Positions 13,700 to 26,150 of a stretch of 64,000 nucleotides of DNA are shown one piece after another (the first letter of the stretch is position 1; the number at the start of each line of letters is the position of its first letter). The position numbers were made by a program, and so were the translations under genes. Under the pieces are notes generated by a model. It saw only the letters and a program-made list of their open reading frames with translations. It did no database searches and was not told the DNA's origin. This stretch comes from Squalus acanthias (lineage: Eukaryota): NCBI GenBank assembly GCA_030390025.1, contig CM059446.1, forward strand, positions 29,884,001 through 29,948,000. Direction: 5' to 3'.

Positions 13700-15877
13700 T
13701 AATGAGTCTGACATTGCGAGGGAGGTGAGCTAACACCAGCAGGCGGACGATCAGTAACCCGGGTTGATTCTGTTATTCTGCCGTTTCAAATTAATTCAGC
13801 TCATTTTTCCAGTCGGTGTCACCATGATAATGGCATCAGCACTCACTAGTTACACAAAACATTGAGAAAAGTAAATGGAGGGACAATAAAAGGATAATAA
13901 GGCTAATCTTTATTCTTTATAAGGTAAATTTATCGACCACACGCTCCCAGTTGAAGGACCAGAAGATCTGAGACAGGACGACAACAATATGGTGTTGATT
14001 CTCAACCTGTGCTCCTGTCGACGCAGCATCCTTGCTGTGAGCACGGGATTGGTGAACTCACTCTTATGAGAAATATGAAGCGTTCGCAGTTTGTAAATTG
14101 CCACTAATTACTAAAAGATCAGCATCTGCCGGGAAACGATTACAGAATACCCCAAGGTATTGGAGACTGCGTGTGCAATCAGAGGGACTCGGAAATAAAG
14201 CCGGCCCATGCATTCACATCTTCGTTATCTCAAAAAAAACAGCTTCCAGCAGCCGAGAAGAAAATAATCTGCATTGGATGACATCCCGGCATTGCACCAT
14301 AGAGTTCTTCAGAGGAAGATTAGAAGCTTTTAAAAGCTGTATAGCAGCAGCTTATTTGTTGCATATAACTTATTTGGGGGCAAACACTAAATGAACACGT
14401 CTGTAACTGCGACTCTCAAAAACCATCAGCTCATCTTAAAACTTTTCTGTCTCAAGTTTATATGCAACGATCTGTGAGAGAAAGTGATGGCAACTTCCAG
14501 TTGTGACCTCCAATCGACCTGACTGATTCCATCAGGCCCCAATCCTGCACTCTAACCGATGTAATTCTGACATGCTTCTGTCCTCCAACTGAACTGATCT
14601 GGGGAAATTGGTAAATTCCAATCCCAGCGCTACAAACTGGTTTTCCTTGAGAGGCACAAAGAAGCTGACAAGGGTTGAAATGCTGAGTATCACCTTAAAC
14701 CACAGACTGTACGCTGAACTAAAGTGGGACTCTGGATTAGACTGAGAGGACAGAAGCAGATCAGACAGTACAAAAACAAGCTAGAATATTCACTGTTAGA
14801 TTTTACTTCTAATAATTGCAGGAATGCGAAAGAAAACTTCTTTATTTGAAATAAGCCGGTCACCACTTTCTCCGCTGTGCAGGAGTTTTACTCCAAATGA
14901 AGAATGGGAAACAGTAGAATGTGCTGTTTATATCCCGAGTGATAAAGACAGACATGCTGACTAAAGCAGAATAAACTGGACATTTATTCACCACTGTGTA
15001 CTCCGTAAAGGCAAAAGGATATATTCCATGTAAAATGAAACAGCTTTACTGATGTTTAAAATGTTTTAGTGGCGATTGTTTAAGTGAAAAGAGTTCTTTA
15101 ACAATTGCTGTTGTATTGCTTGACCTTCCTCTTGACCTCTCTGTTTCTGAGCTGTAGATTCTATGTAATTCAGCACTCACTACAAATTCTGTTCCCTCGC
15201 CACCAATTCCATCCTCCTCTTCAGCCACTGTCTCAGGGTGGACCAGACTGTTTGGAACCTCAGCATCCTTTTCAACAGCTAACTGAGCTTCTGACCTCAT
15301 ATCCTTTCCAGCACAAAGACTTCCGCCTCCCTACCATCGCCCGCCTCTACCACTGCCTCAGCTCATACTCCGCTGAAACCCTCATCCATGCCACTGTGAC
15401 CTCCAGATTCAGCTATTCCAATTCTCTCCTGCTGCCCTCCCATCTTCCAGCCTCCATAAACTTCAGCTCATTGAATACTCTACTGTCCATGTTATATCTT
15501 GGACCAAGTCTTGCTCATCTGTCACCCTTGTCCTCGCTGACCTACATTGTCTCCCGGTTTCCATACACCTCCAATATAAAATTCTCTTCCTCGTGCTTAA
15601 ATCACTCCATGGCCTCAGCCCTCTCTATCTCCGTAACCTCCTCCAGCCCTTCAGCACCCCCCCTCATAACTCTCCATTCCTCTAAATGTGGCCTCTTGTG
15701 CATTCCCCCCTCTCTTCGCCCCAATATTGGCAGCTGTGCATTCAGTCATCTAAGCCCCACGCTCTGGAATTCCATTCCTATACTCCTTTGTCTACTCTTC
15801 CTCCCTCTCTTCCTTTAAGATCCTCCTTAAAACCTACCTCTGGCCAAGCATTTGGTAAATCCTCCGAATATCTCTTT

Positions 15878-16200
15878 CTTCGGCAGCACCTCCCAAACCC
15901 GCGACCTCTGCCATTTAGAAGGACAAGGGCAACAGGTGCATGAGAACATCACTACCTCCAAGTTCCCCTCCAAGTCACACACCATCCTGACTTGGAAATA
16001 TATCGGCCGTTCATTCATCGTCGCTGGGTCAAAATCCTGGAACTCCCTCCCTAACAGCACTGTGGGAGCACCTTCACCACACGGACTGCAGCGGTTCATG
16101 AAGACAGCTCACCACTACCTTCTCATGGGCAATTAGGAAAGGGCGATAAATGCTGGCCTTGCCACCGACACCCACATCCCAGGAATCATTAAAAAAAATA
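15878..16200 (+). mobile_element. 3' fragment of LINE family B (CR1/L2-like clade)
   Basis: Shares CAGCACCTCCCAAACC...GGGCAATTAGG...ATAAATGCTGGCCTTGCC tail with copies at 33190, 35045, 45376 and 60830. Confidence 0.8.
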
Positions 16201-16264
16201 TATATATCCATTTTTGTCTGATGACACCTCTATGAAGTGCCTTTGGACATTCTTCTACATTAAA

Positions 16265-17715
16265 TGGGGGATGGTGCCAGAGGACTGGAGAGTGGCGAAT
16301 GTTGTTCCTCTCTTCAAGAAAGGAAATAGGAATGACCCTGGTAATTATAGGCCGGTTAGTCTTACTTCGGTGGTTGGTAAGATAATGGAAAAGGTCCTGA
16401 GGGATAGGATTTATGACCATTTGGAAAGGGGCAACTTAATCAGGGATAGTCAACACGGATTCGTGAAGGGTAAGTCTTGCCTAACAAATTTGATTGAATT
16501 CTTTGAGGAGGTAACTAAGTGTGTAGATGAAAGTAGAGCAGTTGATGTCGTATACATGGATTTTAGTAAGGCGTTTGATAAGGTTCCCCATGGTCGGCTC
16601 ATGAAGAAAGTAAGGAGTTGTGGGATAGAGGGAAATTTGGCCGATTGGATAAGTAACTGGCTATCTCATAGAAGGCAGAGGGTGGTGGTGGATGGAAAAT
16701 TTTTGGACTGCAGACCAGTTACCAGCGGTGTGCCACAGGGGTCGGTGCTGGGTCCTCTGCTGTTTGTGATTTTTATCAATGACTTGGAGGAGGAGACTGA
16801 AGGGTGGATCAGTAAATTTGCTGATGACACCAAGATTGGTGGAGTAGTGGATGAGGTGGAGAGCTGTTGTAGGCTGCAAAGAGACATTGATAGGATGCAG
16901 AGCTGGGCCGAAAAATGGCAGATGGAATTTAACCCTGATAAGTGCGAGGTGATTCATTTTGGTAGGGCAAATTTGAATAAGGATTACAGGGTCAACGGCA
17001 GGGTTCTGAGGAACGTGGAGGAACAGAGGGATCTGGGGGTTCATATCCACAGATCTCTGAAGGTTGCCACTCAAGTGGATAGAGCAGTAAAGAAGGCCTA
17101 TAGTGTGTTAGCGTTTATTAACAAGGGGTTTGAGTTTAAGAACCGTGAGGTTATGCTGCAACTGTACAGGACCTTGGTGAGACCACATTTGGAATATTGT
17201 GTGCAGTTCTGGTCACCTCACTATAGGAAGGACGTGGAAGCATTGGAAAGAGTGCAAAGGAGATTTACCAGGATGCTGCCTGGTTTGGGGGGGAGGTCTT
17301 ATGAGGAAAGATTGAGGGAGCTAGGGCTTGTCTCTTTAGAGCGGAGGAGGATGAGAGGCGACTTAATAGAGGTTTATAAGATGATGAGGGGGATAGATAG
17401 AGTGGATGTTCAGAGACTATTTCCTCGGGTGGATGTAGCTGTTACAAGGGGGCATAACTATAAGGTGCATGGGGGGAGATATAGAAGGGATGTCCGAGGT
17501 AGATTCTTTACTCAGAGAGTGGTTGGGGTGTGGAATGGACTGCCTGCTGTGATAGTGGAGTCGGACACTTTAGGAACTTTCAAGCGGTTATTGGATAAGC
17601 ACATGGAGCACACCAGAATGATAGGGAGTGGGATAGCTTGATCTTGGTTTCGGACAATGCTCGGCACAACATCGAGGGCCGAAGGGCCTGTACTGTGCTG
17701 TACTGTTCTATGTTC
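16265..17715 (+). mobile_element. 5'-truncated CR1 LINE with an uninterrupted RT-to-stop ORF2
   Basis: ORF 16214-17641 has GNYRPVSLTS, QHGF, YMDFSKAFDKVPH, GVPQGSVLGPLLF, FADDTK. The 3' tail is CTGTTCTATGTTC and TAAA is duplicated at 16261 and 17716. Confidence 0.95.
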
Positions 17716-17769
17716 TAAAGGCGCTATATAAATGCAATTTATTTTTGCTCTTGTTTGAAAATAACCTTT

Positions 17770-19020
17770 TCTCATCATAGGCCAAACTGTCTTCCTTCAT
17801 GCTCTGGTGGTCTGTCACATACACGAGTGTTAGCTTTGTCTTTGTCATATTATGGATACCCAACCAAAATATTTCATTGTAAGACATTTGGCCTCCGACA
17901 GGATCAACTTCATTAGCCTCCAGGTGTTCCTGACATATATTGTTACACTGCCTCCTTTCCTGTCTGTTGTATATTTTCCTACCGCTCTATGTCCCTGTAT
18001 GCTGTATTCATTCCCATCCTCTGGAGTCATCCATGTTTCGGTTAATCCTACTACAACAGGTTTCCCTACTGCCACTCAGACCCCAGTTCCACAGTATCTT
18101 ATTTCTAATGCTTCTAGCATTCATCATACTGTAGATGTGCCAACTTTCTTGACCCCTTGTGACCGGCTGTTCCTTGTCTCTGCTTCCTGTGTATCTCTAT
18201 CAGTTTCTATATCCACAGCCACTTGACTCTCTTCCATTCTACAATCAGTCTCGCCTGGGATCCAATTTCCTCCCTGCCCTCCTCAAACCTTCTAACTGAT
18301 TCGTAATAACTGCTCCTGGAAAGTCTCATTGCTCTTGCTCTGTTAAGCTGCAGTGTGTCACTCCTGAATGAGTCATTTTTTGTGCTGAAAATGTGCCCAG
18401 TCACTTCGGAAAGTAACATCATTAACTTCACAGCAGATTGCTAGCCACTTAGTTATATCCTCATGTTCTGTCTGAACTCCCCTCCTTTGCCAAGCACCAG
18501 AAGTATATCAGAGAACATTATTTGGCATTCCCTATCTTTGAGTTTTGAGGTGATCCTCACACATGTGCATTTTAAGCCCCCTATGATAATTTCTCTCTCT
18601 GAAGGTTAGTCATGCACTGACTGCTTCCAATAGGTCTCTTCCTGTCCCTTTCACTTTCCATCTAATCTCAGTGGGCCCCACTCTAGCTCCTGGTAAACAA
18701 TTCACCCTCCTATAGGTATTATCCTTCAATGGACATGGCTACCCACCTTCCTGAGCAAACAGTTCCCGAAAACAACAATCCCCTTGCCTTTCAGCCTGTA
18801 TCATTGCCCCAGCTATCTTGCATGGTTTTCTAGCTTTTATTCAGTGTCCTGTTTTTTTTTGACCTGGTTTCTGCCTGCATTATTGGGCACTGGCATTACT
18901 GTGACTGCCTGAGACTTTCTTACTTTGCTTGTTACTTTTGCCAATCTTCATCCGCCCAGGATCCCCATTTCCTCGGTTGCCTTCAGCACTTGTCACCTTT
19001 CCCTGACTGCACTTGTAACT
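17770..19020 (-). mobile_element. Old CR1-like LINE 5' fragment (endonuclease region)
   Basis: Minus ORF VVVGLTETWM...YSIQGH...DRKGGSVTIYVR resembles the APE endonuclease N-terminus; boundaries approximate. Confidence 0.5.
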
Positions 19021-19032
19021 GGTTGCACCAAT

Positions 19033-19205
19033 AGAAAGAAAGACTTGCATTTGTATAGCGCCTTTCACAGCCTCAGGATGTCTCAAAGCGCTTTACAGCC
19101 AATGAAGTACTTTTGAAGTGTAGTCATTGTGGTAATGTAAGAAACGCGGCAACCAATTTGCACACAGCAAGCTCCCACAAACAGCAATGAGATAAATGAC
19201 CAGAG
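19033..19205 (-). mobile_element. Deu-domain SINE 3' fragment
   Basis: Reverse complement of the tail seen in the full copy at 27560-27995 (AAGTACTTCATTGGCTGTAAAGCGCTTTG). Confidence 0.75.
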
Positions 19206-19349
19206 GAGGCAGTCACACCCCTCAGGTTAAGTAGTTCTTTAGAGTTAGTCGATGGTCAGGGACAGGAGGGTATGACTTGAGTCAGGAAGGTATGGGGACC
19301 CAGGATGTAGTGATGGAGGAGCCTTGGCCCTTGTCTTTGACCAACAGGT

Positions 19350-19970
19350 ATGAGGTTCTTGCTACCTGTGTGCATGATAACAAAGACTGCAGGGTGGATG
19401 AGCAAACTGACCATGGCACCATGGTGCAAGGAGGCCATTCAAGCGGGGGGAGTGAAAAGGAATGTAGTTGTGGTAGGGGACAGTATAGTCAGGGGAATAG
19501 ATATTGTTCTCTGCAGCCGCGACCGGGAGTTCCGAAGGTTGTGTTGGCTGCCCGGTGCCAGGGTTAAAGACATCTCGTCGCAGCTGGGGATGAACTTGGA
19601 GTGGGAGGGGGAGGATCCAGTTGTCGTGGTCCACATAGGAACCAAAGACATAGGTAGAACTAGGAATGAGGTTCTGCTGAGGGATTTTGAGCAGCTAGGA
19701 TCCAAATTAAAACGCAGAACCTCAAAGGTAATAATCTCTGGATTGTTACCTGAGCCACGCGCAAATTGGCATAGGGACAGACAGATCAGAGAGTTAAATG
19801 CGTGGCTCCAAGCGTGGTGTGGGAGGCAGGGTCTTCAATTCATGGAGCACTGGCACCAGTACTGGGGAAAGAGGGAGCTGTTCCGTTGGGACGGACTCCA
19901 CTTAAACTGGGCTGGGACCAGTGACCTGGCGAATCAAATAACTAGGGCAGTAGACAGGGCTTTAAACTAA
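19350..19970 (+). pseudogene. CR1 ORF1 SGNH/GDSL esterase domain
   Basis: VVVVGDSIVRG, PGARVKD, VVHIGTKD, DGLHLN blocks of the esterase found in CR1 ORF1p. Confidence 0.88.
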
Positions 19971-20297
19971 TGAAGGGGGGGGAGGGGGTGGTGGTGGGAG
20001 GATTTTAGGAACGGGTATATTCAAAAGCAGTAAGAGAAATGTTAAGGTTGTAGAGCAGAGTAGTGATCTGGGTAAAGATAAGCAGAGTGGGTCAGAAAGG
20101 GACAGAGAGATTAATAAAGGTAATAGAGCACCAGTGACTAAAGTGACATCAGGGAAAAATAGAAAAAAGTTAAAGCTAAAGGTACTATATCTGAATGCGC
20201 GAAGCAGTCGCAACAAAATAGATGAATTAATAGCGCAGATAGAAATAAATGGGTTTGATTTAATAGCCATTACAGAGATGTAGTTGCGGAGTGACCA

Positions 20298-20727
20298 TAG
20301 AAACATAGAAACATAGAATCTAGGAGCAGGAGTAGGCCATTCGGCCCGTCGAGCCTGCTCCGCCATTCAATACGATCATGGCTGATCATCCAAATCCAGT
20401 ACCCTGTCCCTGCTTTAATCCCCACAGTACACATATCCCACCCTACCCCCGTAACCCCACGTATTTAATTCCCCCTAACATATCCCATCCTATCCCCATA
20501 ACCCCACATATTTAATCCCCCCTAACACTAAGGGTCAATTTATCATAGCCAAATCAACCTAACCCACACATTTTTGGACTGTGGGAGGAAACCGGAGCAC
20601 CCGGAGGAAACCCACGCAGACACGGGGAGAATGTGCAAACTCCACACAGACAGTCACCCGAGGTCAGATTCGAACCCGGGTCTCTGGCGCTGTGAGGCAC
20701 CAGTGCTAACCACTATGCCACCGTGTT
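20298..20727 (-). mobile_element. HE1-like V-SINE with CR1-derived tail
   Basis: tRNA-like head (GGTGGCATAGTGGTTAGCAC, GGTTCGAATC), V-domain GTGTGGAGTTTGCACATTCTCCCCGTGTCTGCGTGGGTTTCCTCCGGGTGCTCCGG, (TTCTATGT)n tail; splits CR1 ORF2. Confidence 0.88.
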
Positions 20728-22370
20728 GGGAACTTAGTATTCCAGGATATTTGACTTTTAGAAGACACAGGCAGAATGGAAAAGGAGGAGGGGTAGCCCT
20801 GATAATAAAGGAGGGGATAAAGACAGTAGAGAGAAAGGATCTTGGCTCGGAAAAACAAAATGTAGAATCAATTTGGGTGGAGCTAAGAAAATGAGGAACT
20901 GTAGACCAGTTAGCCTGACATCAGTGGTAGGTGAAATGTTAGAATCTATTATTAAGGATGTGGTAAGAGGGCACTTAGAAAGTAATAATAGGATTGGGCA
21001 GAGTCAACATGGATTTATGAAAGGGAAATCATGTTTGACAAATCTGTTAGAGCTTTTTGAGGTTGTAACTAGCAGGATAGATGAGGGGGAACCAGTGGAT
21101 GCAGTTTATTTGGATTTTCAGAAAGCATTCGATATGGTGCCACACTAGAGGTTATTAAACAAAATTAGGGCTCACGGGATTGGGGGTAATATACTAGCAT
21201 GGATTGAGGACTGGTTAACGGACAAAAAACAGAGAGTAGGAATAAATGGGTCATTTTCAGGCAGGCAGGCTGTAACTAGTGGGGTACCACAAGGATCAGT
21301 GCTTGGGCCTCAGCTATTTACAATCTATGTCAATGACTTGGATGAGGGGACCAAATGTAATATATCCAAGTTTGCTGATGATACAAAGCTGGGTGGGAAT
21401 GTAAGGTGTGAGGAGGATGCAAAGAGGCTGCAAAGGGATATAGACAGGTTAAGCGAGTGGGCAAGAAAATGGCAAATGGAATATAATGTGGAGAAATGTG
21501 AAGTTAGCCACTTTGGTAGGAAAAATAGAAAAGCAGATTATTTTTTAAATGGGAAATGTTGGTGTTCAGAGGGACCTGGGTGTCCTTGTACACGAATCAC
21601 TGAAAGTTAATATGCAAGTACAGCAAGCAATTAGGAAAGCAAATGGTATGTTGGCCTTTATTACAAGAGGATTTGAGTATAAGAGTAAAGACGTCTTACT
21701 GCAATTATATAGGGCCCTGGTGAGACCAACTGGAGTATTGTGTACAGTTTTGGTCTCCTTACCTAAGGAAGGATATACTTGCCATAGAGGGAGTGCAATG
21801 AAGGTTCACCAGACTGGTTCCTGGGATGTGGGGATTGTCCTATGAGGACAGATTGAGTAGACTAGGCCTGTATTCTCCAGAGTTTAGAGGGGAGAAATTC
21901 GGTACCTTCGTGCCTCCCGTTAGCGCCTCCGGGGGGCGCTAACGGGGTGCTACTGGCTTTGTGACCGGGCGCGGTGATTGTACCGACACCTGCGAAATTG
22001 ACGTGGAGTTTTGCGGCGACAGTAACCACTAGCGCCACAATCTACTGCGGCCAGAGATTGTGACGTTGTCCGGCTGCGTAGCGCCCCAGCTCAGAAATTC
22101 ACTCTCGCCCCCTGCCTGGGCGCCTGCTGTTAGCAACGACAGGTAGAGGAGGTGGTATGCAGTCGGATAAGCGCTGGAGGAGCGCTATATAGAGGCGTCA
22201 ACATCCGGGTTTATTTCACTCAGCAAAGAATGCTGCCTTGTCAGTTTGACTTAGGCAAACAGGCGTTTTGAGCGATTTCAGCGTTTTTCACTTGAAGGAC
22301 TCTTCTGCCTCAGAAAACTTATTCAGTTTCAGTTAGGTGAGATTTGAAAGTGCAACATTTCCATACTTTA

Positions 22371-23489
22371 ATGGGGGCTGTACTGGCACTGGACCTCGCC
22401 CTCCAGCGTCAATGTCGGAGGCAGCGGAGGCAGAGAGAAAGATTGCCAAATGTAGCCAGAGGGAGGAGGGCCAACAGGGCTCTCAACAGGAGGCCTTACC
22501 CTCCCAGGGTATTCAGGCAGCATTTGTCCTACATCAATCTCACTGAGGAGCAGTGTCTTAGAAGGCTCCGTTTCACCAAGGAGGTGGTCACAGAGCTCTG
22601 CCACCTTCTGCAGCCAGACCTCGAGCCTCACATCAGCAGCACCACGACTCTCTCAGTGGCAGTCAAAGTCACCGTCGCCCTCAATTTCAACGCCAGCGGA
22701 TTCTTCCAGTGTGCAACAGGAGACATATCTTAACATATCGCAGTTCGCCGTCCATTGCTGCATCCGTGAGGTCACAGATGCTCTCTACAGAAGGAGAAGG
22801 GACTACATTTCCTTCCCATGACCAGAGAGAAGCAGCGCAAGCATGCATGTGGCTTTGCCAGGATAGCGGGCTTCCCTATGGTGCAGGGCGCCATTGACTG
22901 CATCCACGTTGCTTTGCGGGAACCGCATAACAATCCTGAGTTATTCCGTAACCGCAAACTGCACTTAATGTTGCAGTTGGTGTGCGACCACACACAGCAA
23001 ATCCTCACCATCAATGCCTGCTATCCTGGCAGCAGCCACGATGCCTTCATCCTGTGAGAGTTCCAGCACTCTTCCAGCCACCATGTCAAGCTCGCGGCTG
23101 GCTGCTGGGAGACAAGGGCTATCCGCTCTCCACCTGGCTCATGACTCCCCTCCGCAACCCCAACACTCCTGCCCAGCAGGAACATCATTGAGCGGACCAT
23201 CGGAGTGCTCAAGCAATGGTTCCGCTGCCTTGACCGCTCGGGAGGAGCCCTCCAGTACTCGGCTGAGCGGGTTTCCCTTTTCGTCGTCGTCTGCTGCATG
23301 CTGCACAACTTGGCCATCATGAGGGCACAGCCATTGCCACGAGGCAAAGCCGCACCACCTCAGGAGGAGGAAGAGGGAGAGGAGGAGGAAGAACAGGAGC
23401 ACGAACAGCAGCGACGGAGGAACCAGCCACTCCATCGGCCTTGTGTAAGGGTGGTCCGTGGCCGCCTCATCAGACTTCGGTTCCAATGA
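22371..23489 (+). pseudogene. Harbinger (HARBI1-like) DDE transposase, frameshifted
   Basis: Motifs [62 protein letters not shown] spread over several frames. Confidence 0.92.
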
Positions 23490-23715
23490 TTTTGAGGCCA
23501 CTTCCCGGTTGCTCAGCCCGTCCTCATCAATCCATCAATTTCTCATTCCATGCCACACCCCAAAGCTGACATGAGACACAACTCCAATTCTGCAACATTG
23601 CAATAATAAACTTATCCAAAATCAGTAACCACATACAACAAAATGAACTAATCACCCTTGTGCAAACCCTTACTTCCCCTCTTTACAGTGCCTTTTCCTA
23701 ATCTGCTGCTCCTAC

Positions 23716-24540
23716 GTAGTGTCTCTCTGCTGCTCCCTCCTATTGTGGGCCATCTTGGCCTGCAAGAGAAACGAATGTGTGTGAGTCAGAGTCCAGCTCT
23801 GTGTTTGGGAGATATGCATGCTGCAGTTGAATAGCTGTGATTGTAGGCAAGGTGTGAGATGTGGATGTGAGTTTGAGTAGGTGCAGATGCTTGGTGGGTG
23901 AGTGGTGGGGGTGTGGTGGTTTGTGCAGTGTGTACAGACTGAGGTTCAGATGCTGGTATGTAGGACCTGTTGAAGCATATACTCACCTTGACCACCTGAG
24001 TGAGGCCGCTGAATTTCTTCTGGCACTGTGTCAGGCTGCGTACGACCACACTACTGGCTGAGACCTCCTGGGCCACTTCTCTCCACATTGCCCAGAAGGC
24101 AACATGGTGGCATAGTGGTTAGCACTGTTGCCTCACAGCGCCAGGGATCCGGGTTCGAATCCGGCCTAGGGTGACTGTCTGTGTGGAGTTTGCACATTCT
24201 CCCCGTGTCTGCGTGGGTTTCCTCCGGGTGCTCCGGTTTCCTCCCACAGTCCAAAGATGTGCAGGTTAGGTTGATTTGGCTATGATAAATTGACCCTTAG
24301 TGTTAGGGGGGATTAAATACGTGGGGTTACGGGGATAGGGTGGGATATGTGTCGGTGCAGGCTCGATGGGCCGAAATGGCCTCTATCTGCACTGTGGGGA
24401 CTCTGCGATTCTGTGAAGACCAGGTGCAATGGCCTCCTTCCAGTGTCTGGGAACAGCACTGCCCTCCTTCGCTCCACTCCCGCGACCAATGCCTCATCCG
24501 TGAAATGACGAGCTCTCTCCCTGGGAGTGGGATCAGCCAT
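23716..24540 (-). pseudogene. Harbinger Myb/SANT-like DNA-binding protein gene, spliced, SINE-interrupted and truncated
   Basis: After removing the SINE it reads MADPTPRERARHFTDEALVAGVERRRAVLFP...FWAMWREVAQEVSASSVVVRSLTQCQKKFSGLTQVVK, then gtgagt...ttgcag intron (23986-23760), then AKMAHNRREQQR. Confidence 0.8.
24099..24414 (+). mobile_element. HE1-like V-SINE inserted in the Myb-like gene
   Basis: tRNA head, V-domain, CR1-type tail; GAAG duplicated at 24095-24098 and 24415-24418. Confidence 0.9.
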
Positions 24541-25514
24541 CACGATCAGGGGATTGAGTTCCTTGCAGGTCGCCTTCACAGCCAGCAATGCTGATAATGA
24601 GGATCTGCACAATGATGCAACCTCCCCTTTAAGAGCTGGAAGGAGCCAGTGTGAAGGATCATTCCCGATTGCATTGCACCTGAAATGCATTATTGCTCTG
24701 ATGGTAGCGCCCTACTGAGGTCATTAGCGCTTGATTTAGCGCTCCAGCTCTTTCCTGCAGCGCTAGCAGCCAATTTAGGAGAAGCTCAGAATCCTTAACG
24801 CCTGGTGCTAATTTTTCATCATTTCAAAAATTAGCACCCCAAGTGGGACAATAACGAATTTCTCTCCCTAGAAGAATGAGAGGTGATCTCAAGTTCTTAC
24901 AGGGCTTGACAGGGTAGATGCAGGGAGGATGTTTCCCTTGGCTGGGGAGTCTAGAACCAGGGGTCACAGTCTCCGAATAAGGGGTCGGCCATTTAGGACT
25001 GAGATGAGGAGAAATTTTTTCACTCGGAGGGCGGTCAATCTTTGGAATTCTCTACCCCAGAGGGCTGTGGAGGCTCAGTCGTTGAGTATATTCAAGACAG
25101 AAATTGATAGATTTTTGGATATTAAGGGAATCAAGGGTTATGGGGATAGTGCAGGAAAGTGGAGATGAGGTAGAAGATCAGCCATGATCTTATTGAATGG
25201 CGGAACAGGCTCGAGGGGCCGAATGGCTGACTCCTGCTCCTATTTCTTATGTTCTTATGTTCAAAGGAAATTCATCCCTCGGAGGGTTTGTGTTTGCCGA
25301 TGCTTCTTGAAGAATACTGTGACCTCTAACTGGGCACTGCATTAGACAGTGGGTTATATAAGGACAAGCACTCAGCAAGATAGGCACAGCAACAGATGTA
25401 GTTTGCGCGAGGTAGATAAATATAGGACTGATGGAAATCAGCGGGTGCCTGGAGCAGAGCAGCACTCCAGTTAGTTCTTTGCTTGTCTCGGTCGCAGGCT
25501 CACACAGCAACCAC

Positions 25515-26150
25515 AACCTGTACTAATATAGCACCATTAGCATAGTAAAAACATCCCAAGACGCTTCACGGGAGTGTTATCAGAAAAAATTTGACACCGA
25601 GCCACATAGAGAGATATTGGGACAGGTGCCCAGAAGCTTAGTCAAAGAGGTAGGTTTTAAGGAGTGGCCTAAAGGAGGAGAGAGAGGTTTAGGGAGAGAA
25701 TTCCAGAGCTTAGAGCCTAGGCAATGGTAGAATGCTGAAAATCGGGGATGCGCAAAAGTGGCGTTGAACAAGATCAGATCAGCCATGATCTCATTGAATG
25801 GCGGAGCAGGCTCGAGGGGCCGAATGGCCTACTCCTGCTCCTAATTCTTATGTTCTTATGCAAGAGGCCAGAATTGGAGAAGCGCAGAGGTCCTGGAGAG
25901 TTGTAGGGCTGGAAGAGGTTACAGAGATAGGGTGGGGGCGAGGGCCATGGAGGGATTTGAACCCAAGGATGAAAATGTTAAAATCGAGGCATAGCCGCAC
26001 CAGGAACCAGTGTAGGTCAGTGAGCACAGGGGCAATGGGTGAATGGGACTTGGTCGAGCTGATGTTTCCAGAGGGTGGAAGATGAGAGGCCGGAGGAGGG
26101 TTTCAGCAGCAGATGGGCTGCGGCAGGGGCGGAAACAAGAGATACGGTGT
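25515..26150 (-). mobile_element. L2 LINE 3' fragment containing a short + strand CR1 tail (about 25770-25858)
   Basis: KLWNSLPKPL..LKPTSLTK remnant and reverse complement of the L2 tail seen at 57420-57595. Confidence 0.65.

Larger units (their letters stand above)
15170..17740 (+). mobile_element. Degenerate L2-clade LINE 3' portion, split by two younger LINE insertions
   Basis: ORF remnant AETLIHATVTSRFSYSNSLL...PTLWNSIP is typical of the L2 ORF2 C-terminus; the tail ...CTACATTAAA|GGCGCTATATAAATGCA is rejoined across the CR1 insertion. Confidence 0.7.
21888..24868. mobile_element. PIF/Harbinger DNA transposon with two genes, degenerate
   Basis: TIRs AGGGGAGAAATTCG / CGAATTTCTCTCCC; TAG TSD at 21885-21887 and 24869-24871; removing it restores the CR1 sequence GAGTTTAGAAGAATGAGAGG. 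Confidence 0.93.
19206..25258 (+). mobile_element. Long CR1 LINE (ORF1 esterase, ORF2 endonuclease-RT, internally deleted), interrupted by a SINE and a Harbinger transposon
   Basis: ORF1 SGNH motifs; KVLYLNARS endonuclease start near 20180; RT motifs at 20890-21850; 3' end 24869-25258 with (TATGTTCT)n tail. Confidence 0.9.

Noticed and set aside
16214-17641. Stand-alone or domesticated reverse transcriptase gene, or retron-like system
   Set aside because: Ordinary 5'-truncated CR1 ORF2 with LINE tail and TSD; the ORF start lies in flanking L2 sequence.
24099-24175. tRNA-like sequences here and at about 20650-20727, 27560, 32880, 47170 and 48770
   Set aside because: They are SINE heads continuing into repeat bodies, not tRNA genes.
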